Shown here piece by piece: positions 47,512 through 57,006 of a stretch of 64,000 nt of DNA. The notes beneath the pieces were generated by a model. That model was not told where the DNA came from and made no database searches. It saw only the letters and a program-made list of their open reading frames with translations. This stretch comes from Bdellovibrio sp. (GTDB lineage Bacteria > Bdellovibrionota > Bdellovibrionia > Bdellovibrionales > Bdellovibrionaceae). Positions within the stretch are counted from its first letter, which is position 1, and each line of letters opens with the position of its first letter. The translations under genes were made by a program, and so were the position numbers. The DNA lies in contig JAKFCY010000002.1 in NCBI GenBank assembly GCA_036676395.1, forward strand, positions 2,560,001 through 2,624,000. Direction: 5' to 3'.

Positions 47512-49761
47512 ATGTCCTTTTATTCGATATTAAAGACCAGTTTTTTTATTCTTACAAGCGCAATATCTTTAAGCGTCAGCGCCATTGATATACAAGAGGA
47601 GTTTGAAAGCAAACTCTCTTCACAAGCCATTTTACAATCGACAAAGTACTATGCCAGAGGGCTTTCGTACAAAATTAACCAGAAATTCGACGCAAAAGCT
47701 GTGCAGAAGAGCTTTTTAGACAAAGGTTATCGCGAAAGAGCAGGAGATCAGGTCATTTTAGCTGGAGATTTCATCACCCTACAAGCGCAAGCCTGCAGCA
47801 ACTTGTTCGGCATTTCTCTGATGCAGGATTCCACATGTTTTCACTGGAAGAACCAAACCAGCACGCTAAGTGGTTCAGAATCTTATGTGGCCGTGATCTA
47901 CCAAAACACCATTCAGCAAATTTTCAAAGCTGACCCGACTCGTGTTGTGACATCGGCGCAAACCGATCCAGTGATGGTGGCGCAGTTTCGCAACAACGAA
48001 CCGCTGATGCAAGAAGAGCTTAAATTGGCCGATTATCCGGTTCAGTGTTTGAATGCTGTGATCGCCATCGAAGATAATGATTTTTTAGATCATTCTGGTA
48101 TCAGCATCATGGGTCTGGCGCGCGCAGCGGTAAAAAATATTATGGCTTTACGAAAAGCCCAAGGTGGATCAACGATCACGCAACAATTAGTGAAAAATTA
48201 CTTTCTAACTCCAGAAAAAACTTATTCGCGCAAAGCCAAAGAACTTTACATGGCCGTAAAACTTGAATCCAAATGGAGCAAAGATGAAATTCTGCAAACT
48301 TACTTAAATGTGATCTACATGGGGCAAAGTGGAGCTTTTCAAGTGCGTGGTTTTGGCGCGGCCAGCCACTATTATTTTGGTAAAACAATTACGCAGCTAA
48401 ATTTATCAGAATGTGCGTTATTAGCAGCCATCGTTAACAATCCAGGCTTAAATAATCCCTGGAAAAAAACTGAAAAAGCAAAAATTCGTCGTCAGTTAGT
48501 GTTATCAAAGATGAAAGAACTTAAACTGATCACCGAAGATGAGTTTAAAAAAGCGAATGAATATAGGATGCCCGCACCAGCAGTTGTGAAAGCGACAGAA
48601 ACGGCACCCTACTATTTCGAAGCCGTTAGAAAACAAGCTACAGAACTTGGAATTACGATTGAAGGCACGACTTTTTACACAAGTCTTGATCTAACAATTC
48701 AAGAAACCGCACAAAAAGCTTTGCAATCCGGAATCAAAAATCTAACCGAGACAAAAAAATCTCTAATTAAGAAAAAAGCCAATGGTTTAGAACTTCAAGG
48801 TGTGGTTCTAGCGACAGATAATCAATCTGGCTTTGTCACCGCCTTTGTCGGCGGGCAAAATTTTCGCCAATCGCAGTTTAATCGCGCTCTTTATGCTAAA
48901 CGCCAAGTGGGCTCACTGATTAAGCCTTTTGTTTATCTATCGGGTTTGCAATACGGCTTAACAGATGAATCATCGGTAACGCCGACAACAACTCTGAATG
49001 ATCAGGCGTTCGAGTGGAAGTTTGATAATAACCGTAAAACATGGAAGCCAGAAAACTACGATAAAAAATTTCGCGGCGAGATCCCTTACTTTTTTGCTTT
49101 AAAAGAAAGTCTAAATTCGCCGACGGCACAAATTGCCCATCAGGTTGGAATCGAAAAAGTCATCGAATTATCGCACCTGCTTGGGTTAACCTCAGATATG
49201 ACTGCATTACCTGCGACTTCACTGGGATCAAGCCAGCACACGCCGCTTGAAGTGCTGCAAGCTTACAGCAATATTTCACGTTTTGGTGACCAGATTAAAT
49301 TGTCATTTATTGAAAAGGCTTTCGATGATTCAGGAAAATTACTTTTCGAATCAACTGCGAACTTTGAACCACAGCCCGAAAGTAAATCTGATAAAACAAA
49401 AACAGCGGTACTTGTGGGAATGATGAAAGAAACGATGCAATCTGGTACTGCCAAGTATGTCGTCGCCTCTGGATTTAAAAAACCATCTGCAGGCAAGACT
49501 GGAACCACATCTGACGGAAAAGACGCTTGGTTTGCCGGGTTTACTCCGAGTACAACAGCGATTGTATGGATTGGTTTTGATCAAAGCTTGGCAACAGCGT
49601 TAACCGGCGGTGGTGCCGCTGTGCCGATCTGGACAAACTTTATGAAACAAATCACTGAATCAGATTCAGATAGCGATTTTATTTGGCCCGATACTGTTGA
49701 AATCAAAGAAATTGAATCAACAGTAGACCAGAAAAAAATAAATTTAGTTTTTGAAAAATAG
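47512..49761 (+). CDS. mrcB: Class A penicillin-binding protein (PBP1B-like transglycosylase/transpeptidase)
   Basis: EDNDFLDHSG, GGSTITQQLVKN, RKAKE, SLIK (SxxK), SLN, KTGT. Confidence 0.9.
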   Translation: MSFYSILKTSFFILTSAISLSVSAIDIQEEFESKLSSQAILQSTKYYARGLSYKINQKFDAKAVQKSFLDKGYRERAGDQVILAGDFITLQAQACSNLFGISLMQDSTCFHWKNQTSTLSGSESYVAVIYQNTIQQIFKADPTRVVTSAQTDPVMVAQFRNNEPLMQEELKLADYPVQCLNAVIAIEDNDFLDHSGISIMGLARAAVKNIMALRKAQGGSTITQQLVKNYFLTPEKTYSRKAKELYMAVKLESKWSKDEILQTYLNVIYMGQSGAFQVRGFGAASHYYFGKTITQLNLSECALLAAIVNNPGLNNPWKKTEKAKIRRQLVLSKMKELKLITEDEFKKANEYRMPAPAVVKATETAPYYFEAVRKQATELGITIEGTTFYTSLDLTIQETAQKALQSGIKNLTETKKSLIKKKANGLELQGVVLATDNQSGFVTAFVGGQNFRQSQFNRALYAKRQVGSLIKPFVYLSGLQYGLTDESSVTPTTTLNDQAFEWKFDNNRKTWKPENYDKKFRGEIPYFFALKESLNSPTAQIAHQVGIEKVIELSHLLGLTSDMTALPATSLGSSQHTPLEVLQAYSNISRFGDQIKLSFIEKAFDDSGKLLFESTANFEPQPESKSDKTKTAVLVGMMKETMQSGTAKYVVASGFKKPSAGKTGTTSDGKDAWFAGFTPSTTAIVWIGFDQSLATALTGGGAAVPIWTNFMKQITESDSDSDFIWPDTVEIKEIESTVDQKKINLVFEK

Positions 49762-49762
49762 T

Positions 49763-50290
49763 TTAGTCATTACCTTTGTATTCTTTATCCAGATCAAGAT
49801 CACAACCATTTTTAAAAACATCACCATTTGGTCTTACATAAGTGACCATAACAATGGCGTGATTTTTTTTAGTTTTTTCAACTTCTAAAATTTCAGAAGA
49901 ACCGTCTTTTCTATCAACAGCTGTGATTGATACTTTTGTTTCTGAAAAACTGGCTTGTGTAATTTTATCATCAATCGACATAAATGTAATGCCCACTGGA
50001 TTCGGATGGTAACTATCCAAGAAAGCCTCTAATGGAAAAGCTTTATTTTCGCGTAAAGAAGATGAAAGTGTTTCGGGATTAACCGAAAAAACTCCACCAA
50101 CGCATCTATGAACATTAAATGGATTTTTCGACACACCGACAATGTGACCTCTAAATTCGCCTTTAGGTAAGAAATTAGCGATCGTTTGAAAAGCAAAAAG
50201 TTTTTCTTCGCGACCCAATTCGTCTTGAATTCCTTCAGCGAAGCTGTTTAAAGACAATAGAACCGTTGCAGCTAATAAAATACTTTTCAT
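49763..50290 (-). CDS. Secreted hypothetical protein
   Basis: MKSILLAATVLLSLNSFA signal peptide; SD AAGGAG. Confidence 0.75.
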   Translation of the reverse strand: MKSILLAATVLLSLNSFAEGIQDELGREEKLFAFQTIANFLPKGEFRGHIVGVSKNPFNVHRCVGGVFSVNPETLSSSLRENKAFPLEAFLDSYHPNPVGITFMSIDDKITQASFSETKVSITAVDRKDGSSEILEVEKTKKNHAIVMVTYVRPNGDVFKNGCDLDLDKEYKGND

Positions 50291-50336
50291 AAAAACTCCT
50301 TTTGAAAACTTTCAATTTTCTAACAAAAGAAGATAT

Positions 50337-50352
50337 TGCCAAAGACAGGCCA
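50337..50352 (-). promoter_or_regulatory. Putative sigma54 promoter
   Basis: Minus strand TGGCCTGTCTTTGGCA, GG-N10-GC, about 47 nt upstream of ATG 50290. Confidence 0.5.
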
Positions 50353-50454
50353 GATAAAATTAGATAGAAATGAATTTAGTAGGAATAGCGACGGCCAGAA
50401 AAGACCGCGGCCATTAATTGCTAGTCAGCTGTTATTTACGGCGAACAATAGCCA

Positions 50455-50469
50455 GTCTCAGATTGAGAC
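50455..50469. promoter_or_regulatory. Perfect palindrome GTCTCA-N3-TGAGAC, candidate activator site
   Basis: GTCTCAGATTGAGAC; related copies at 41655, 41719, 17024 and 10253. Confidence 0.55.
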
Positions 50470-50476
50470 AAGCTTG

Positions 50477-51427
50477 TTATGACTTCAGTTCGACTACTTG
50501 AGTTTCGAAGGCGAAATCCCAAGTAGTCGTTTCTTTAGCGGGATGTTTTTCAAAGGCTGCGCCAGCTCTTTCTTTGATCTTCTGAATGTCCTGAAGACTA
50601 GCAGAAGGATCATAGTGAGCCATGTATACTTGTTTAATAGCAAAATTCCCGCAAAGATTAAAAGCTCTTTCAAAAGTTCCATGGCCCCAACCTTTTTTCT
50701 GGTTCATTTCGTCTTCTTCGTACTGCGCATCGATATACATTAAATCTAAATTTTCGTAAAGCCCTGCGTCTTTGCCTAAGTCTTCACGAGTTACACGTGT
50801 GGCTTCGGTATCGACTGCGTGCCCATAGGCTTTACCACCATGTTCGATACGAAAACCGTAACAAGGATCTGGATGATCAAGCAAGTACGGAGTCACTGCA
50901 AAGCCATTAATGTAGCGCTTTTCATGCGGAGAAAGTTTAATAAACTGAATGTTCGCTTTAAGATCTTCATAACCCACCGGAAAAATCGGTTTCTGAAAAA
51001 GATCGCGCACAATTTTTTCACACTCAGGCTGTACGCAATAATACTTAACTGTACAACCCGGAATAAAATGTGGAGCAAAGAAAGGTAACCCAAGAATATG
51101 ATCAAAATGAAAGTGAGTAATTAAAATATGATATTCTTTTTGCGCAAAACGATTTTTCGCCAACGTATCGCTAAGGTATTTGATGCCACTGCCACCATCG
51201 ATAATAATAGTTTGATCGTCGCCTTGAACTTCAACACAAGTTGTAGCAACACCGTAACCGCTGATATCAACAAGTCTTTTTTCAGAAAGAAATTTATCAA
51301 CTTCAACGGGTGTTTTATAACCTTTATCCAAAAACTCGCGCATCAAAAGAGCGAATTGCTCTTTTGCTTCAATTGGGCTCGAACTGCTCGGAAGCGATCC
51401 ACGAACTCCCCAAAATTTTACTTTCAT
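50477..51427 (-). CDS. MBL-fold metallo-hydrolase (RNase Z/cyclic nucleotide phosphodiesterase-like)
   Basis: MKVKFWGVRGS, THFHFDHILG, LDHP, GWGHGT, AHYDP. Confidence 0.9.
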   Translation of the reverse strand: MKVKFWGVRGSLPSSSSPIEAKEQFALLMREFLDKGYKTPVEVDKFLSEKRLVDISGYGVATTCVEVQGDDQTIIIDGGSGIKYLSDTLAKNRFAQKEYHILITHFHFDHILGLPFFAPHFIPGCTVKYYCVQPECEKIVRDLFQKPIFPVGYEDLKANIQFIKLSPHEKRYINGFAVTPYLLDHPDPCYGFRIEHGGKAYGHAVDTEATRVTREDLGKDAGLYENLDLMYIDAQYEEDEMNQKKGWGHGTFERAFNLCGNFAIKQVYMAHYDPSASLQDIQKIKERAGAAFEKHPAKETTTWDFAFETQVVELKS

Positions 51428-51633
51428 GTGTTGAATACCACGATGTGTTTTCCTTATTTAACACTATTAGTCTATTTTCTGATCATAACTTCCGCAAACA
51501 TTTCTGGGTAAACCTAGACAAGATTTCGTATGTTTACGAAGACCAAAGTCGGTAACCTCGACCAAGGTATTTCGCAAGCTACTAAATATCTAAGTATTTA
51601 GCCATAATCAGATTTGTCGAAGGTGGTTATCGC

Positions 51634-53448
51634 ATGAAGTGGTTGAATCGTTGGTTCTCGTTTTCTTGGAAGAAGTTGGTGTTGGTTGTCTCGCTTGTAC
51701 CTTTGATGTGGTTTTTTCATGGTCTCGATTTCCCTAAAGTTGATATGTTTTCGAGAGATGTACTCCAATTTTTAAACGATAACTCGAATGTCGAAAAATC
51801 CATCGTCACGATCAATATGAATTTAAAAAACGAACAATTTAAACGTCCATTTGAATTCGAGTCTTTTAAAACTTTAGTTGATACTCTCCTGAAGCAAAAT
51901 CCAAAAAATTTAATACTATGCTTTTCTCCGAGAGAATTCACTGGTGATGATACTCACGAGGACATTCGCCAAAAAGTTCTCAATTATCTACTCCCGCTTA
52001 AAAATGTCTATCTATATTCCCAAAGTTCAAATGATAAACATGATCCCAACACAGACCGTATATTCGAAAAATTTCCAAGAATATTTTTATTAACAATGCC
52101 ATTTGATAATTCGGGCGGAAGAAAACGTCGACGGGCTATTGTTTGGTTTGAAACAGTGGGCATTGCTACTGAATTCGCAGAAATGCAGAAGTTAGGATTT
52201 CAAACTAAAAATCATACCGATTTTCCATATGGCTGGCATTATTGGAAAACGATTCAACCCTATATAAAAACTTTTAAACAAGATTCTTTTGGCTCGCATG
52301 ACGCTTATGAAGTTATAGATACAAATTTTAAAGATGTTAATGTCGAAGGAAAAACCGTAATTCTTGGCTCGATTGACGAATTTGCAATGCTTGGAACTGA
52401 ATCAATTTTTAATTTATACTCTAAAATTGGAACTCCTGGATATAAAGATTTTCCGCCTGCTGACTCGCTAGCCAACTATATGAATTTTTATATTCATGGT
52501 GATTACATAAAGCTAATTTCTAACTTTAACGATTTGATACTATTTGGTTTTGTATTAATAATCCTGATTTTCATCAATATTGAAACTAGAAAGAAATTAT
52601 ATATCCTGTTATCACTCATTCCGTTGATCGCAGTATGTACTCTAATCCTTTACATCGTGGATAGTTATTACATTAATTTCTCCCGTAGTATTACTGCGCT
52701 ATTTTTCATTCAGTATCTTGGCATTCCAATTATTATGTTTGCTATGTTTAAAGAACAAGAAACAAAGAAATTGCAAGAAATCAGCGATGCAAGGATAGAT
52801 GCCTTACTCACAGTTTCAGAAAAGGTTGCACATGATATTCGCTCACCACTTTCCGCAATAAATCTGGTAATGCACAAAGTGAATTTCGACGATCCAGAAT
52901 ATAAAGAAATCTTTGACAGCGCTGTTCAGCGAATAGACGAAACCGCGACCAAAATTCTTACTCGTTACAGAACAAAAACAGGCAGTGAGAATGAACCCGT
53001 CGAACAAATTGATCTTGCTGAAATTATATCTTCAATAACTAAAGAGAAAAAAATTCTAAATACAAAAGTTGAATTCGAATTAGTTATTAATTCAGAAACC
53101 ACAACAGCTTTAGGATTAAAATTAGATCTAGAACGCATTATCAGTAACATTTTAGATAATTCAATCTTCGCACTTCAAAGCATCTTAGAACCCAGAATTT
53201 TTATTTCAACAGATTCACATGACAACATGATTCGGGTAGGCATCACAGATAATGGCACAGGAATTCCCGATCAAATTTTGAAACTTTTAGGTACAACCCG
53301 CATTACAACGAAAGCAGACACCAACCAAGGTAACGGCATTGGAATTTTACATGCTAAGCGAGTTATCGAACGACTGAACGGTCGATTTGAAATCTCTTCG
53401 GCTGAACATGTCGGAACAACGATCAAAATCAGTTTACCAAAAGCCTAG
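51634..53448 (+). CDS. Sensor histidine kinase with a divergent CHASE2-like periplasmic domain
   Basis: N-terminal TM, VEGKTVILGS (CHASE2-like), three TMs, H-box VAHDIRSPL, N-box NILDNS, DNGTGI, GNGIGI. Confidence 0.85.
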   Translation: MKWLNRWFSFSWKKLVLVVSLVPLMWFFHGLDFPKVDMFSRDVLQFLNDNSNVEKSIVTINMNLKNEQFKRPFEFESFKTLVDTLLKQNPKNLILCFSPREFTGDDTHEDIRQKVLNYLLPLKNVYLYSQSSNDKHDPNTDRIFEKFPRIFLLTMPFDNSGGRKRRRAIVWFETVGIATEFAEMQKLGFQTKNHTDFPYGWHYWKTIQPYIKTFKQDSFGSHDAYEVIDTNFKDVNVEGKTVILGSIDEFAMLGTESIFNLYSKIGTPGYKDFPPADSLANYMNFYIHGDYIKLISNFNDLILFGFVLIILIFINIETRKKLYILLSLIPLIAVCTLILYIVDSYYINFSRSITALFFIQYLGIPIIMFAMFKEQETKKLQEISDARIDALLTVSEKVAHDIRSPLSAINLVMHKVNFDDPEYKEIFDSAVQRIDETATKILTRYRTKTGSENEPVEQIDLAEIISSITKEKKILNTKVEFELVINSETTTALGLKLDLERIISNILDNSIFALQSILEPRIFISTDSHDNMIRVGITDNGTGIPDQILKLLGTTRITTKADTNQGNGIGILHAKRVIERLNGRFEISSAEHVGTTIKISLPKA

Positions 53449-53478
53449 TACTAAAGTCCTAACGGTTTACATAAACTC

Positions 53479-53521
53479 AAGTAACTTCCGCAAGTTACTT
53501 TCAATTGGCTCTAGTATTGCT
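53479..53521 (+). promoter_or_regulatory. sigma54 promoter of the rSAM-peptide operon with an adjacent 9-bp inverted repeat
   Basis: TTGGCTCTAGTATTGCT at 53505-53521 (GG-N10-GC, TTGC); AAGTAACTT-CCGC-AAGTTACTT at 53479-53500. Confidence 0.7.
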
Positions 53522-53554
53522 ATTCTAATTTAGATTGAATAACTGAGAGACAAA

Positions 53555-54889
53555 ATGAAACCAATAGAACTGCGCCGACATAATGAAATTATCGCATTTA
53601 GAGCTGAGGACGACTCCCTTGTAGCTCTGCATGGTTTTAATATGGAAGTCGCAGAAATTAGTGAGGAATCATTTGCTCAAATGACACCGATTTCAATCTC
53701 TACAGGTGAAATTCCTGATGTCAAACTTCCAGACAACCATGAAGAAAAGGAAGCATTCGACGCATTGAGAGAATGGAACGCAGAAGAAAATCCAAATGCT
53801 AAAAGTGGAAAATTAGAGTTCGGAATTCGCTCAATTAATTTAAATGTAAACCAAATTTGTAATTTAAAATGTGCCTATTGCGCTGCCGGCGGCGATGGAA
53901 CTTACGGCGAACCCATGAATAAAATCTCGATCGAAAAAACCCTACCGCAACTCAAATTTTTCTTAATGCAGCTAAAGCCCGGTCAGAAATTTCGCGTGAT
54001 TATTATCGGTGGTGAGCCCCTTTTATATCCAGAAGCTATAAAGGCTGTGCACGACTATTTAATGTCAGAAGCGCCAAGCCGCGGAATTATCCCAAGACTT
54101 AGCATTGTGACAAACGGAACACTTCTTAACGGTAAAACTCTCGAGTTAATCCGCTCATTAAAAATCGAAATCAAAATTAGTCTCGATGGCGCTAAAGAAA
54201 TAAATGATGTTGTTAGACCAAGTAAAAACAATTCTAGCTCAACAGACCAAACAGTAGCTGGGATCGCTGAGTTAGCAAAAGATCGCGGTAACGTAACTAC
54301 ATGGGGAATCTCAGCGATCAGCACTTCAAAAAATCCAGAAACACTTTTAGCGTATCGTTATTTAAGAAGCTTAAATCCTGATTGGTTAGAATTTCATTTC
54401 GATGTTGGTGAGAAGTCGCAAGAACTTCAAGACAAACATATTGAACAAATGAACCTGATTGCTGCTGAAGCCTGGAAAATTGGTGGCGAAAAAGAACTCA
54501 GAAAAATAGCTCAGTTTGATCAAATTTTTCATCTTTTAGATAGCCAGCTTCGCCTTGAAAACCACTGTGGTGCTGGAAAAACTTACTTAATGGTCGACGC
54601 CAAAAACAAGATGTATCCTTGTGTTTGGGAGGCTGGCGACAAGGAGCAAGTTGTTGGTCAAAATGAACAACTCGACCATGCCAAGCTATCTAACTATTCA
54701 AAATCTCTTATAGAACTTAATAATTGCCAAACCTGCTGGGCTAGACACTTTTGCGGTGGCGGTTGTATGTATATCAATAAGCTCAATAATGGCAGTAAGC
54801 ATGTAAAAGATAAAATGTTCTGTGAACGTACGAGAAGCTTGCTTTTGCCTATTATTTCGTATTATAAATTAGCTAGGTCTGCGGAATAA
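53555..54889 (+). CDS. Radical SAM/SPASM peptide maturase (CteB/ScfB/anSME-like)
   Basis: CNLKCAYC, GGEPLL, VTNGTLL, ISLDG; seven-Cys SPASM HCGAG...YPC...CQTCWARHFCGGGC...FC; ~90-aa N-terminal extension in the position of an RRE. Confidence 0.92.
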   Translation: MKPIELRRHNEIIAFRAEDDSLVALHGFNMEVAEISEESFAQMTPISISTGEIPDVKLPDNHEEKEAFDALREWNAEENPNAKSGKLEFGIRSINLNVNQICNLKCAYCAAGGDGTYGEPMNKISIEKTLPQLKFFLMQLKPGQKFRVIIIGGEPLLYPEAIKAVHDYLMSEAPSRGIIPRLSIVTNGTLLNGKTLELIRSLKIEIKISLDGAKEINDVVRPSKNNSSSTDQTVAGIAELAKDRGNVTTWGISAISTSKNPETLLAYRYLRSLNPDWLEFHFDVGEKSQELQDKHIEQMNLIAAEAWKIGGEKELRKIAQFDQIFHLLDSQLRLENHCGAGKTYLMVDAKNKMYPCVWEAGDKEQVVGQNEQLDHAKLSNYSKSLIELNNCQTCWARHFCGGGCMYINKLNNGSKHVKDKMFCERTRSLLLPIISYYKLARSAE

Positions 54890-54906
54890 AGCCGCAGGGG
54901 GAATAT

Positions 54907-54990
54907 ATGAAAAAACATATCAAAAAAGTTAAAGCTCAAGAAGTTAGCGAAAAGCCGATTAAAGAACCGGGCTGCTCACCTATGAAATAG
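54907..54990 (+). CDS. 27-aa putative RiPP precursor peptide MKKHIKKVKAQEVSEKPIKEPGCSPMK (not in ORF track)
   Basis: SD AGGGGGA just upstream of ATG; starts 17 nt after the rSAM stop and fills the gap before the next kinase; SCIFF-like MK(K)HIK leader; single Cys near the C-terminus. Confidence 0.8.
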   Translation: MKKHIKKVKAQEVSEKPIKEPGCSPMK

Positions 54991-55004
54991 CTTGTGATTT
55001 TCTC

Positions 55005-56867
55005 TTGGAAGCATCACAAAAACTTGAACTTAAGTATTTAATTCTACGTACAATTTTCGCAATCGCCGTCGGCGTCCTTATCTCAGCATTTAATTTAGAT
55101 TTTATCGAAGGCTACCTGGTTGATTTTCGTATCCAAGCAAAAGCTTTTCTTGGGTTAGCAAAACCAAAAAACCCACAAGTTGCGATCGTATTAATTAACT
55201 TCAAAACAGTTGAAAAATATCAACGCCAACCTAACTTTCCTGATCACATCAAGTTTCTCAATCAACTCTCTGGATTAAACCCGAAATTTATCGTTTATGA
55301 GTTCAGAACAAGCGATGAAGAATTTTTAGAAATCAGTGGAACCTACAAAGAAAAACAAGAATTTGCAGATCAAATTAAAAGTTTTTCGAATCTTCATTTC
55401 TCAACTCAAAATTTAACTATTAAAGGTGAAACAGAAGAGTTTCGCCTTAAAGCTCCTTTAGACGAAATTAAATTCTCATCTATGCCTTTTACTGCTGATG
55501 GAAAATCATTCGGTAAAGATGGAGTTTCACGTCGCCTAATGTATCAATATCAGGATCAAGCAATGGTCCAACCTCGGATCGCTGCCTTCTATAATCCAGA
55601 GATTCAGAATCCAGAAAAGATCAGAGGAAACTTTTATTATTTAGAGTCATATCAAACTTATATTGATTATCACCCCGTTGGCTCATTTCCGACATATGCC
55701 TTTGAAGATGTCGTCGATGGCAAAGTTCCTAAAGATGCTTTCGAAGGTAAAGTAGTTATTGTGGGTTCAGATCTAGGTAAAGACCCCGATGACTATGCTT
55801 CTACTCCATATAATCGCCATTTCAGTGGTATGACTAAGACCGAACTTCAAGCCAATCAGATTCAAACTCTCATAGATAACAGTGCCCCACTTAAACCACA
55901 TCGTGCTGTTAATATTGCTATCGTTATTTTAATTTCATTCTTAACTCTCTACGCTACTTTATCTCTTACCCCAGCACGCGGTCTTTTAATCTTAGGCGGT
56001 ACTTTATTTGGGCTAGGCGTAATTTCTATTTTAGCATTTAGCGTTTTCGGTATCTGGTTCGATCTTTCGCATCCATTTCTAGCAATCTTCCTCTGCTACT
56101 ACTTCTTCATCCCCTACCGTCTTATCCGAGAAAACCGCAAGAGCTGGGAATACTACCAAAAGCATAAACTACTCTCTGAAGTCGAAGAGCTTAAAACAAA
56201 CTTCATCTCAATGATGTCGCACGATCTAAAGACTCCTATCGCGCGTATTACCGGCATGACTGAAGTAATCTACAAAGACCCACAGCAACTATCGTCTCAC
56301 CAAAGAGAAGCGCTGGACACGATCAGACATAGCTCTGACGATCTATTAAAATTCATCAACGCTATCCTTCAGTACGGAAGCATCGAAAGCCAAGGCGTTC
56401 AGTTACACAAACAAGCTAAAGATCTTAATCAGCTTCTAGCCGACGTCGTGAAGAAACACCAATTTCTAGCTAATGTTAAAAAGATCAAGATCATCCAAGA
56501 GCTTGAGCCGATGTTTCCTACCCAAGTAGACCCAGAGCTTATTAAACAAGTGTTTTCGAACTTACTCGAAAATGCGATTAAGTACTCTCCTGAAGAATCT
56601 ACCGTCTGGGTGCGTAGCCGCGAAGGCGACGATACTATAATAGTAGAGTTTCAAGATCAGGGTATGGGGATTCCGCCATCTGATCTTCCGAATATTTTCA
56701 TGAAATTCTTTCGTACCCACACGGTTAAGACCACAACCATTAAAGGTTCTGGCTTAGGGCTTTATTTAGCCCAGTACTTCGTAGAATTGCATAAGGGTAA
56801 AATCACGGTCGATAGCTCGCCTGAACGAGGCTCTAAGTTCACCGTTGAGCTTCCATTAGACAAATAA
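55005..56867 (+). CDS. CHASE2-domain sensor histidine kinase
   Basis: DGVSRR, FEGKVVIVGS, STPY, ELQANQIQTL (CHASE2), three TMs, SHDLKTPI, NLLENAIKYS, DQGMGI, GSGLGL. Confidence 0.93.
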   Translation: MEASQKLELKYLILRTIFAIAVGVLISAFNLDFIEGYLVDFRIQAKAFLGLAKPKNPQVAIVLINFKTVEKYQRQPNFPDHIKFLNQLSGLNPKFIVYEFRTSDEEFLEISGTYKEKQEFADQIKSFSNLHFSTQNLTIKGETEEFRLKAPLDEIKFSSMPFTADGKSFGKDGVSRRLMYQYQDQAMVQPRIAAFYNPEIQNPEKIRGNFYYLESYQTYIDYHPVGSFPTYAFEDVVDGKVPKDAFEGKVVIVGSDLGKDPDDYASTPYNRHFSGMTKTELQANQIQTLIDNSAPLKPHRAVNIAIVILISFLTLYATLSLTPARGLLILGGTLFGLGVISILAFSVFGIWFDLSHPFLAIFLCYYFFIPYRLIRENRKSWEYYQKHKLLSEVEELKTNFISMMSHDLKTPIARITGMTEVIYKDPQQLSSHQREALDTIRHSSDDLLKFINAILQYGSIESQGVQLHKQAKDLNQLLADVVKKHQFLANVKKIKIIQELEPMFPTQVDPELIKQVFSNLLENAIKYSPEESTVWVRSREGDDTIIVEFQDQGMGIPPSDLPNIFMKFFRTHTVKTTTIKGSGLGLYLAQYFVELHKGKITVDSSPERGSKFTVELPLDK

Positions 56868-57006
56868 ACACACTATAAACACAGCCCTAGAGCTTCTGCT
56901 CGCTAAGTAAACAATTCCTAGCTGGTGTCATTTTGCTTTTTTCGGTGTTCATTCGCTTAAAACTTGTGCTATACCCTACGACATATCGCTTACGGGGGAA
57001 TTATAT

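Noticed and set aside
53555..54889. Anaerobic sulfatase maturase or PqqE assignment
   Set aside because: No sulfatase or pqq genes nearby; the adjacent peptide ORF and N-terminal extension fit a peptide maturase better.
56923..56937. TGGTGTCATTTTGCT as a sigma54 promoter for the response regulator
   Set aside because: GG-to-GC spacing is N9 rather than the obligatory N10.
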